A program made the position numbers and the translations under genes. Under the pieces are notes generated by a model. The model was not told where the DNA came from and ran no database searches. It was given only the letters and a program-made list of their open reading frames with translations. Below, piece by piece: positions 50,807-60,130 of a stretch of DNA of 64,000 nucleotides. The stretch lies in contig CAWDYC010000009.1 in NCBI GenBank assembly GCA_963806535.1, positions 1 to 64,000 of the forward strand. Reading direction: 5' to 3'. How positions within the stretch are numbered: the first letter of the stretch is position 1; each line of letters opens with the position of its first letter. The DNA is from Candidatus Bathyarchaeota archaeon (GTDB lineage Archaea; Thermoproteota; Bathyarchaeia; Bathyarchaeales; Bathycorpusculaceae).

Positions 50807-50950
50807 AAGCAGAAGAAGAAGTGTGCCCCTGCAGGTTTTCTTCTTCTTTTAAAAGCAGAGAAGAAGTAGGACGCGGTGCTATTTCCAGCCGTCCTTCTTC
50901 TTCTATCAGAGAAAAACAACACCCAGTGCTACACCAACCGTTGTTGTTCT
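50807..50950. repeat. Three tandem ~50-bp units, each an inverted repeat with a GTGC-containing loop
   Basis: AGAAGAAGAA/TTCTTCTTCT (50811-50847); AGAAGAAGTAGGACG/CGTCCTTCTTCTTCT (50859-50904); AGAAAAACAAC/GTTGTTGTTCT (50910-50950). Confidence 0.75.
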
Positions 50951-51110
50951 ACTTGAATAATCTTAACCTACTATTCAAAAGACAAGAAAGTCTTTGATAA
51001 AAATCTTTCAGGGTAATCTCTTGTCCCATTTTTCTATTGCAATTGCAGGTATAATCACAGAAAATCAATAAGTCTTAAATGTGCATGGGCTGTAATCAAA
51101 GGAGGCGTGA

Positions 51111-51836
51111 ATGATTATGAAGATGGATTATGTAGTGTTTGAACCAACCAATGAGCGCCTTGCGCAGATTATCGTAAGATTTCTTCAGGAAAGAGGTTAT
51201 AATGCTGGTTATCAACTCGGTTACCCTAAAAATAAAATCTTCATGAGAGCTGATACCAAAGAAGAAGCAAACAGAATTTCAGGGATAATTAGAAAGTTCA
51301 TGGAAGAATTCAGCCTAACTGGAAGCGAAATAACATTTGATGAATTAAAGAATTCAATAAACATACCCGAGAGAGTGGTGACAGAGGCAGAAAATGCAGC
51401 AAATTTGGCGACAAAACCTGAATTTGAATCAGAAAAACCTGAACCCGAAGAAACAGAGCCAATGCCAGAACTAGAAATAGAACCCGAAGAACCCGAACCA
51501 AAGTCAATGCTCGAACTTGAGCCAGAACTAGAACCAGAAGAAACAGAAAAAGAACCAGCACCCGAATGGGAGCTAGAATTAGAAGAACCCGAACCAGAAA
51601 CAACACATGAATTGGAGCCAGAGCCGGAACCAGAAGAACCAGAGCCAATCCCAGAATTAGAGCCAGAACCCGAAGAAACAGAAATAGAACCAATACTTGA
51701 AATAGAACCAGAACCCGAAAAGCCTGAGCCAGAGCCAATCCCAGAATTAGAGCCAGAACCCGAAGAAACAGAAAAATTTGAACCAAAACAAAAACCGGAC
51801 ACGAAGAACAAATCCCAATCTCAGTTCGTCTTATAA
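51111..51836 (+). CDS. Protein with small N-terminal domain and long acidic Pro-Glu repeat region
   Basis: GGAGG SD; repeats such as PEPEETE and [13 protein letters not shown]; near-identical DNA duplication ~51640-51684 vs ~51730-51775. Confidence 0.75.
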   Translation: MIMKMDYVVFEPTNERLAQIIVRFLQERGYNAGYQLGYPKNKIFMRADTKEEANRISGIIRKFMEEFSLTGSEITFDELKNSINIPERVVTEAENAANLATKPEFESEKPEPEETEPMPELEIEPEEPEPKSMLELEPELEPEETEKEPAPEWELELEEPEPETTHELEPEPEPEEPEPIPELEPEPEETEIEPILEIEPEPEKPEPEPIPELEPEPEETEKFEPKQKPDTKNKSQSQFVL

Positions 51837-52245
51837 TTGGCGCGGATCTTCAAATATTGGGGGTCTTTCTATAATACTCTAATTGTTCTAGTGCCGTCTA
51901 GAAAAAAGTCGACTAAGAATTGGTGACATCTTCGAGCATTTTAGGTTTGCTGGGGCTCTGGAAAACTTAAGGAAGAAAAACGCAAATGAAAACACTAGCT
52001 TTCCGCGTAATTTCAACCAGAGCCCACTCAGCCCCAAATCTTACACGAATAAATGTTGACTAAGCGTTTATAAAACTTTACAATACCGCGAAAAATACTA
52101 AATGAAATAGCCAGTTTACCGATAAATATGGCAATAATGTTTGAAAATACCACACAGAATAGGAAAAACAAAACGTGGCAATTGAAAAAACACCAAGCGT
52201 TTTCAGCTGTCAGCACTATTTGCTAATTAAAAGTTTAAAGGCAAA

Positions 52246-54648
52246 TTGGTTCTAGTTATTATTGGCGAATTGACTGTGAAAGTGTCTTTTTGGCTTCTCG
52301 ACATCAACCCCAAAATCGATGGCGCATCCGTTGAGCTGTGGCTTTGGGGAATTGACAAAAGCGGTGGCCAAGTGTTAGTTATTGAAAGAAATTTTAATGC
52401 TTACTTTTACGCTGTGATCAAAGACGATTGCGATCCATTTCAGACTTCAGCAAAAATCATGAATGCCTATCCATCTTCAATTGTAAATGCAGAAGCGGTT
52501 GAGCGCAGGTTCTTCGGCAAACCCGTGAATGCAATAAAAATCTGCTGCAAGGTTGCAACTGAAACAGTTAAACTTGCAAAAGATCTTCGAAGCTTCGAAG
52601 GAGTAAAAGAGTGCCTCGAAGACGACATTCGCGTTACCATGCGGTACCTCATTGATAATGATGTTGCTCCATGTGCTTGGCATGAAGTAGAGGCTGAAGA
52701 AGAAGAAAAGAAATCAGGAGTAAGAGTTGACAAAGTTTATGCTGCAAAATCCATTCCAAAACAGCTTGATTGCGTCGATAAACCCCCGCTTAAAGTGCTT
52801 AGTTTCTCAATGATAAGTTACAGTAAGGAGGGCTCGCCTAAACCAGACAGAAACCCCGTGGTTATAATTTCTACGGTTAACAGCGACGGCAAAGAAAAGC
52901 AGTTTACAGCCGGCGATGACAAAAACGACAAGCCTGTTCTACAACAGTTTATTGATTATATTTGCATGTTTGATCCAGACGTCATTGTAAGTTTTGGAGC
53001 TAACGCTAAAGATTGGGATTACCTGATAAAACGAAGCCATAGGCTTCAGAGAACGTTTGACGTTGACCGAGGCAAAAAAGAACCTCATACCAGCATTTAC
53101 GGTCACGTATCATTCACGGGCATCGCCAACGTTGACCTTGCCGATTTCATGGATGTTTTTCCCGAAGTGAAGGTAAAGACCCTAGCAAACTTGGCTTATT
53201 ATTTGGGTGCAACGAAAGATACCTCGAAAATAGAGGATGTAGATTTTCCCGATTATTGGGACCAACCGCAAAAAAGAGAAACCCTCAAAGAATTCAGTTT
53301 AAACAAAGCTCGAAAAATCCAAAGCTCTGCAGTTTTGCTGCTTGATTTCGGAATGCAACTTTCAAACCTTGTTAGTCTGCCCTTGGATCATGTGATGACA
53401 GCTGCTGTTGGATTTAGAGTTGAATGGTTTTTGATTAAACAAATCAGCAAAATCGGCGAGCTTATTCCCAGGCGTATAGAGCAGCCGTATCGCCCTTACG
53501 CTGGCGGGTTAGTTCTTAGTCCAAAACCAGGTTTGCACGATAACATTGCTGTTTTAGATTTTAAATCAATGTACCCAAACATCATGATAAGATACAACCT
53601 TTCACCAGACACATACATTGCCCCAGAAGATCCTGAACCGCCAGCAGGATTCTACGAAGCTCCAGAAGTAAAATATCGATTCCGAAAAGTACCGCCAGGA
53701 TTCTACAAAGAAGCTTTAACCTATCTGATTGGAGTTAGAAGCAAAATACGAGCGCTAATGAAGCAGTTAAATCCCAGCACGGTTGAATACAACATCTTAG
53801 ATGCAAGGCAAAAAGCAGTAAAAATAATTACAAACGCCGCGTACGGCTACGCTGGCTGGATTGGAGCAAGATGGTACATTAAACCCGTCGCTGAAGCAGC
53901 ATCTGCCTGGGGCAGACACTCAATTTTAAGCGCTACACATTTAGCTGAAAATAAAGGTTTAAAAATTATTTACGGTGACACAGACAGCCTGTTTCTAACA
54001 AACGACGAAAAAAAACTTCTTGAACTCAAAGAGAAAATCGGCGAAGATTTGGGTTTGGAAGTAGAAGTAGGTGAAGTGTACAAACGTATTTTCTTTACAG
54101 AAGCCAAAAAACGTTATGCGGGCTTACGGCTGGACGACAGCTTGGATATCGTGGGGTTAGAAGTTATCCGCGGCGACTGGGCTGAAGTAGCAAAAAAAGT
54201 GCAAGAACATGTCCTTGAAATAATCTTGAAAGAGCAGTCGCCAAAAAACGCAATAGTCTACGTGCATAAGGTAATCTCTCAGTTAAGGCTAAGAGAAATT
54301 CCTTTTCATGACTTAATAATTTGGAAAACACTGACCAAAGCGCCTGAACAATACGCCATTAGAGCTCCCCACGTTGAAGCTGCAAAGATGCTCAAAGAAA
54401 AAGGCTGGCGTCTAACAGCAGGCGATAAAGTAGGCTTTGTTATACTAACGGGTCAGGGGCGTTTTTACAGTCGCGTGAAACCCTACGTTTTTGCAAAGTA
54501 TGAAGAGGTAGACGTTGATTACTACATAACTAACCAGATAGTTCCGGCTGCAGTTAGAATACTTGGATTCTTCAACGTAACCGAAAAAGAACTGATTAAA
54601 GAAGCAAAAGAAACTGAAGAAACTAAAAGTTTAATGGATTATATTTAA
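52246..54648 (+). CDS. polB: Family B DNA polymerase (PolB3-like) with degenerate 3'-5' exonuclease motifs
   Basis: DFKSMYP, RQKAVKIITNAAYGY, YGDTDS, KKRYAG, GLEVIRGDW intact; the true start may be GTG at 52276. Confidence 0.93.
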   Translation: MVLVIIGELTVKVSFWLLDINPKIDGASVELWLWGIDKSGGQVLVIERNFNAYFYAVIKDDCDPFQTSAKIMNAYPSSIVNAEAVERRFFGKPVNAIKICCKVATETVKLAKDLRSFEGVKECLEDDIRVTMRYLIDNDVAPCAWHEVEAEEEEKKSGVRVDKVYAAKSIPKQLDCVDKPPLKVLSFSMISYSKEGSPKPDRNPVVIISTVNSDGKEKQFTAGDDKNDKPVLQQFIDYICMFDPDVIVSFGANAKDWDYLIKRSHRLQRTFDVDRGKKEPHTSIYGHVSFTGIANVDLADFMDVFPEVKVKTLANLAYYLGATKDTSKIEDVDFPDYWDQPQKRETLKEFSLNKARKIQSSAVLLLDFGMQLSNLVSLPLDHVMTAAVGFRVEWFLIKQISKIGELIPRRIEQPYRPYAGGLVLSPKPGLHDNIAVLDFKSMYPNIMIRYNLSPDTYIAPEDPEPPAGFYEAPEVKYRFRKVPPGFYKEALTYLIGVRSKIRALMKQLNPSTVEYNILDARQKAVKIITNAAYGYAGWIGARWYIKPVAEAASAWGRHSILSATHLAENKGLKIIYGDTDSLFLTNDEKKLLELKEKIGEDLGLEVEVGEVYKRIFFTEAKKRYAGLRLDDSLDIVGLEVIRGDWAEVAKKVQEHVLEIILKEQSPKNAIVYVHKVISQLRLREIPFHDLIIWKTLTKAPEQYAIRAPHVEAAKMLKEKGWRLTAGDKVGFVILTGQGRFYSRVKPYVFAKYEEVDVDYYITNQIVPAAVRILGFFNVTEKELIKEAKETEETKSLMDYI

Positions 54649-55820
54649 GCTTGGACAATGGCATCTTGGAAAGTTACCAATTCAACATTTAATGCTGGCT
54701 TTACTGCTTCTGAAATGCGTGACGCAACTATTCGCCTAATGTTTTTGTCAGCTGCAATGTCAACAATTCTCTGGGTAATAATCCCGTCGAAAACCACTGT
54801 GTCAACGCCAGTCACTTGCTGAAGTTTCTCGGCTAATTGGCTTACAGGTAATCGCTCGACGAATTCAAATTTCTCGTTAAGCAAGACTGCTTCAAGTGTG
54901 CCCTGTAATGCTTTTGCTGCTTGACCTACGGGCTCTGGAACTTCAACTTTGATGCGGTGAGGTACTGGCGGTTCAGGTTTTTTAGTGGCTTTAGGAGGTG
55001 CTACGGCTTCAGCAATTGGAAGCTTATTTTCTATGGCTTCAGCGATTTCTTTACAGTTACATTCTTCGATTTCTTTGCCTCGAGGAGCTCGGCCGACAAA
55101 TTTGACACTTGTAACTTGGATTAGCTCTTTAAGTATCAAGTCTCCGCCTCGGTCACCATCTAGCAAGGCAGTTGCTGGTTTTTCTTTGGTTAACTTCTTT
55201 ATTGACTCTGGAACTTTGGCGCCTTCAAGGGCAACAGTGTTGAAAATTCCGCATCGCATTAAGTTGATTATGTCTGCGCGTCCCTCGACAACAAAAATTT
55301 CTTTTGCAGCATCTAGTCCTGGACCTGCAGGCAAGTCTTCTGGGCCGTACTTTTCTACTTTTCCAACTTTCATGGTTTCAGAAATTTCTTTGTAAACGTC
55401 ATCGACACTGGGCATTGACTCGATAGTCCATTTGTGGAGAATTTCTTTTGCACGGTCAATAATGATTTTTCTTCGCGCTTCACGGATATCTTCGATTCTG
55501 TCTATGCCGACTTTTGCTGAGCATGGACCAACGCGGTTAATGCTTTCAATGCTTGCTGCAATAAGAGCTGTTGAAACCCGGTCTAAACTGGTTGGAATAG
55601 TTATTAAGCCCGTGGTTTTGTCGTTTTTTGAGTGTAAATCAATTTCGATTCTTCCGATTCGACCTGTTTTCTGAAGTTCTCGTAGATCAAGTTCAGGTCC
55701 AAAAAGTCCTTCTGTTTGACCGAAAACTGCGCCTATAACATCGGGTTTTTCTACTACGCCTTCAATTTCAAATCTCGCGTGAATAACGTACTTAATCGTA
55801 AATGTTTGGGATGTTCCCGT
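54645..55820 (-). CDS. dnaG: Archaeal DnaG (TOPRIM primase-like/exosome subunit); apparent ACG start
   Basis: Frame is open 135 codons upstream of the track ORF: GTSQTFTIKYVIHARFEIEGVVEKPDVIGAVFGQTEGLFG.ELDLRELQKTGRIGRI; VVEGRAD, DGDRGG, FDGIITQR. Confidence 0.92.
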   Translation of the reverse strand, partial: TGTSQTFTIKYVIHARFEIEGVVEKPDVIGAVFGQTEGLFGPELDLRELQKTGRIGRIEIDLHSKNDKTTGLITIPTSLDRVSTALIAASIESINRVGPCSAKVGIDRIEDIREARRKIIIDRAKEILHKWTIESMPSVDDVYKEISETMKVGKVEKYGPEDLPAGPGLDAAKEIFVVEGRADIINLMRCGIFNTVALEGAKVPESIKKLTKEKPATALLDGDRGGDLILKELIQVTSVKFVGRAPRGKEIEECNCKEIAEAIENKLPIAEAVAPPKATKKPEPPVPHRIKVEVPEPVGQAAKALQGTLEAVLLNEKFEFVERLPVSQLAEKLQQVTGVDTVVFDGIITQRIVDIAADKNIRRIVASRISEAVKPALNVELVTFQDAIVQA

Positions 55821-56371
55821 AAATATGCACTTCCTATTTGTAAATTATTTAATTATGTTAAATCGCATAAGGCGAGTGTATCTCGCATTAATGAGATTTT
55901 TAATTATTTTATTAGTTTGATAAAATTTAGGTGCAAGCTATTTAATATAACTTGTGTAGCCCAGCTATTTATCCTAAGTACTTTTCTCATTTTTAGTTCA
56001 TTTCAAATAGGTGACTAAATTGGCGTGTTAATGGAGTCAATAGAAAACACGTTGGAAAGTTTTTATCGCCCAATGGACAATATTATATTGCATTTAGCGG
56101 GCAATTCTTTTTCGACAACAATGCAAGAAGGTTTCAAGATAGACAAAAAAAATTGCCGAATAGACTTGACAACCTTCTTAGAGAGGGCTGCTTAGACAAA
56201 GAAACTTATATGTTAAGGATTCTTGAAACATTATCAGAAAAACTCAATTCTATGGAAAACAAAGAAGGCAATTCAACCATCCAGAAATAGAAGAAGAGAG
56301 AAAAAAGAATAGAATATATCAAAAATGGGAAAGATCCTTTTAGCCAAGAAATACAAGCTGATTGTCAGAAA

Positions 56372-56638
56372 TTACCAGTTCCAGGGAAGTGCGCCAGGGT
56401 AATAAATCTGAAGAACAACAAAAACGAGTAAAATTATCACAATGCCAGTGATTATGGCTTTTAATGCAGTGAAAGAGATCCTGAGTTTGGGAGAATGCTC
56501 TCTAACGGAATTCTGATTTGCTTCATGTCCACGTTGAATTTCAGGCATCGGTGAATTTTTCTGAGACATTGCTTTTCCACAGAATTCGCAAAATAAAACA
56601 TCGTCTTTGTTTTGTCTTCCGCAAAAGTTGCAAAACAT
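56372..56638 (-). CDS. Zinc-ribbon protein with C-terminal TM helix
   Basis: FCNFCG...FCEFCG plus a hydrophobic tail. Confidence 0.75.
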   Translation of the reverse strand: MFCNFCGRQNKDDVLFCEFCGKAMSQKNSPMPEIQRGHEANQNSVREHSPKLRISFTALKAIITGIVIILLVFVVLQIYYPGALPWNW

Positions 56639-57089
56639 CTATGTGGCTCCTTTATTTTGTTTGTAAGCGATGGCAATAAAGTTTACTTAGTTTACAAAAG
56701 TACGGTTTGGCGAACCAATTGTGTTAACCATGCGACATCTGAAAAATTTCGGAAGAGAAGAGAGCACGTGTCGCATTTTTTGATTAATTATTGATTCGCC
56801 AAACTATCCACGCGGGTTGTCATTACGCATTTATATGATTGTCGAGAAAAAATAAAAGAATATGTTGTTGCATCATAGAGCCAACATTATAGGCTCTTAG
56901 CTTTAACTTACTTGTTTCCTGAGCGCTTATCTCCCAATTCCGCTACCATATTACACTCTAGATTGTTCCCTTGCCTACTCGTTAAACATAATTTTACTAG
57001 CCAAAATGAGTCCGCGACCAATTGCGGGCTTTACCCTTTAGCTTAAATAATAAATCAGCCAAAAGGTAAATCCGTAAACGGCGACTGCC

Positions 57090-57905
57090 ATGAGCTTAAG
57101 CTTAAACCCTGAATACGAAAAATTGCTTCCTAAAATGTCTGAAGAAGAATTCGCCGAGCTCAAAGCATCCATTCAAGCTGAAGGGCAACATTACGCTATA
57201 ATAGTGAACGAGGACTTGGAAGTTTTGGATGGGCATCATAGGTATCGTGCCTGTTCTGAATTGGGTATTGAGCCAGATTTTGAGGTTCGGAAGTTTGATG
57301 ATAAGCTTTTGGAGAAAAAATTTGTTATAGAATCTAATCTTAGGCGTCGGCATCTAAATAATTTTCAGCTTGTGGAGTTGGCTGCACCGCTTCTTGAGAT
57401 TGAGCAGGCGCTGGCAAAACAACGGCAGGCTAAAGGAGGAAAAAACGGGCGAAACTTGCAGTTAGGCATAGCGCCAATAGACATTGAGCCGGAGTTTAAG
57501 GCAAAAGCAGCTGAAGCAGTCGCCAAAAAAGCTGGCGTTTCAACGCGTACTTTTGAGCGAGGCAAAGTAATACTTCAAGAAGCAAGCGAAGATGATAAGC
57601 AAAAACTTCGCGAAGGCAAAACTAGCATAACTCACGTTTACAACGAAATTGTTTCGGGCGAGCAGCCTAAAGAAGATTCGACTGAAGCATCTATAGTAAA
57701 GCAGGAGACAGCTCGGGATTTGAAGAATAAGGCGGATTTACTGGAGATTCTGGAGCGTCTTCAGAAAGGGGAGTTGTTCTGTCCCGCATGTGGAAATCCC
57801 ATGTTGCAATGTAGCAAATGCCATAAAACTTTGGAAACTCTGCTGGAATTGAGGGGTCCAAAAGCAAAGTACATCAACAAGGATCAAAATGAAAATCCTA
57901 CCTAA
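57090..57905 (+). CDS. ParB/Srx-like N-terminal domain protein with HTH and C-terminal Zn ribbon
   Basis: L..SI..EG...IIV....VLDGHHRYRAC, ESNLRRRHL, VAKKAGVSTRTFER, CPAC...CSKC. Confidence 0.82.
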   Translation: MSLSLNPEYEKLLPKMSEEEFAELKASIQAEGQHYAIIVNEDLEVLDGHHRYRACSELGIEPDFEVRKFDDKLLEKKFVIESNLRRRHLNNFQLVELAAPLLEIEQALAKQRQAKGGKNGRNLQLGIAPIDIEPEFKAKAAEAVAKKAGVSTRTFERGKVILQEASEDDKQKLREGKTSITHVYNEIVSGEQPKEDSTEASIVKQETARDLKNKADLLEILERLQKGELFCPACGNPMLQCSKCHKTLETLLELRGPKAKYINKDQNENPT

Positions 57906-58081
57906 CTATTTATGATAATCTTCATCTAACTCGCTTCTTAGAAAACTTCAGCGACACAGTCTTAAAAATGTATCAGCCACTCGAAGCGAGAGAATGTGTT
58001 TTGGCCGTTGAATAACTAACTTTTCCGAAGCGTAAATAATAATAGCCCTGCGAGAACAACATTACTGCGTAAAGTGATAAC

Positions 58082-59306
58082 ATGCAGAAGTCTTATTCAC
58101 GTTTACTTGGCGTAGTTGGAAAGCCAAATACGGGTAAATCCACATTCTTTAGTGCAGTAACCCTCGTAGCAGCTGAAATAGCAAATTATCCTTTTACCAC
58201 CATTAAACCCAATCGCGGTGTCGGTTACGTCCGAACACCATGCGTCCACGAAGAATTTAAGGTTAAAGACTACCCGAAAAACTCGCTTTGCCTCGACGGA
58301 GTAAGGCTTGTTCCTGTAGAATTAATAGATATTGCCGGTATCGTTCCTGGCGCTTGGGAAGGACGCGGCTTAGGCAACCAATTCCTAGATGAAATACGCA
58401 GAGCCGACGCGCTTATACATGTAGTTGACGCTTCAGGTGGAACCGACTGTGAAGGAAAAAGCTGCAAGCCCGGCGAACGTGACCCGCTGGAAGATGTAAA
58501 GTTTCTTGAACGAGAAATAACAATGTGGATGATAACAATTCTCAAGAAGGATTGGCCAAAAATCGCTCGGACAGCAGAAGCCGACAAAAAAGGCATTGCG
58601 CTCCCGCTTGAAGATCGCCTAACAGGTTTAGGCATTAGACGTCAATTAGTCGGGGAAGCCATCCGAAAAGCAAATTTAAACATAGATAAACCAACAACAT
58701 GGTCTGACAACGACTTCTACCGGTTTGTTGACACTTTAAGACGAATGTCAAAACCTATGCTGATAGTTGCAAACAAGATTGATTTGCCGACCGCTGAAGC
58801 AAATTTAAAGCGCATGAAAGAGCTTGACTATATGGTTATACCGTGTTCTGCGGAAGCCGAACTTGGGCTTAGAAGAGCTGCCGAAAAACAATTAATCGAT
58901 TACAAACCAGGTGACGGCGACTTCAAAATAACGCATCCAGAAAAACTATCCCCGGGACAAATTAAAGCTTCTAGAATCTATACGTGAAAAAGTGCTCGCT
59001 AAAAACGGGTCAACAGGTATCCAAAACGCTATGAACATTGCATACTTTAAACTCCTAAACATGATAACAGTTTATCCAGTAGAAGATTTAGAACATCTGT
59101 CAGACCACAACGGAAGAGTGTTACCAGATACTTACCTCGTGCCGCAAGGAACAACTGCAAGACAATTCGCCTACGTAATTCACAGCGAACTTGGCGATAA
59201 CTTCATTTATGCCGTAGATGCAAGAGACAAAAGAAGAATTGGTGAGGACGCCATCTTAAAGGACCGAGATGTCATTTCGATAGTTAGCGCCAAAAAACGT
59301 GCTTGA
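58082..59306 (+). CDS. ychF: YchF/OLA1-family ATPase/GTPase (frameshift ~58975)
   Basis: GKPNTGKST, NYPFTTI.PN, DIAG.VPGA..GRGLGNQFL, NKID; TGS domain in 58992-59306. Confidence 0.92.
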
Positions 59307-59450
59307 GATAATTTAGTTTTACATTTATACCGTTGAATTACGCGATAAATAACGCTTTCAATTAATTTCTGTTTTCCTATTATTTGAAAGGATAATATGC
59401 ATATTAATATTGACGGATAATATGCAATGAGAACGATTTACTTTTGGTTT

Positions 59451-59714
59451 TTAAGGGACACTCGTAATAAGCATAACGGCTACTCGGACAGAGACCGTAA
59501 TTAGAAATAGTATCCCAGCAACTACCGCAACCGTACGAATTTTCTTCTTGCTAATTGTTAGATTTGTTAAACCGCAATAGGGTGAAGTCAGAGAAGCACT
59601 AATTAGAAGCACGATTGAACCAATGGCGAGTAACAAACTTAAATCATTAAAGTTCAAAAGTGGAATCTGCACGGAGTATTCCTCATTAAGTGATATTTTG
59701 CTGGTTATGGTCAA
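59451..59714 (-). CDS. Small two-TM membrane protein
   Basis: Two hydrophobic helices (SLLLAIGSIVLLIS, VVAGILFLITV). Confidence 0.6.
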   Translation of the reverse strand: MTITSKISLNEEYSVQIPLLNFNDLSLLLAIGSIVLLISASLTSPYCGLTNLTISKKKIRTVAVVAGILFLITVSVRVAVMLITSVP

Positions 59715-60130
59715 TCAATTATATCTGGTTTCTTCCAACCCGCCATTTTTTCTGGGCGGATTCAAGTCCGCTGATATGTAGTTTAACTATTTTTTCCGTC
59801 TACCCCCGACTTTCGAATATTAGTCACATTTATGAATTTTTAACTTTCGAAATGGCAGGCATTTATGTTTTGTATATGAGTTCTGACATTTGTGTAGCTA
59901 GAGTTGCCAATAATATTGTCAATAGTATTTATAACTAAATAACGTTTATTAATACTCAATAAAACTGATATTTACTGGTGTTCTTAGAGATTGGTCAAGC
60001 AAAATTACTCCAACAAAGAAAAATACAGTGAAGTTTTTGCGTCTTTGCCAATTATTGAAAACAAAATCATCCACAAAAAAGTTGCAACGAATTTCATTCA
60101 AAAGTCCTATATGAAACAAGAGGTAAATGC

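Noticed and set aside
51221-51811. Long antisense ORFs (Ser/Gly-rich and Leu/Val-rich)
   Set aside because: Shadow frames of the Pro-Glu repeat gene, which has the SD and a globular head.
56030-56390. Purine-rich stretch with broken reading frames downstream of the Zn-ribbon gene
   Set aside because: Possibly a fragmented hypothetical gene, but no motif allows a call.
1886-59306. About 20 frameshifted genes (incl. trm1, proC, ychF, bzdP-like, alkA) read as mass pseudogenisation or programmed frameshifting
   Set aside because: Breaks are single-base indels spread evenly, hit housekeeping genes, share no slippery motif, and the flanking protein motifs are intact. Uncorrected long-read error is the simplest explanation; read mapping would confirm.
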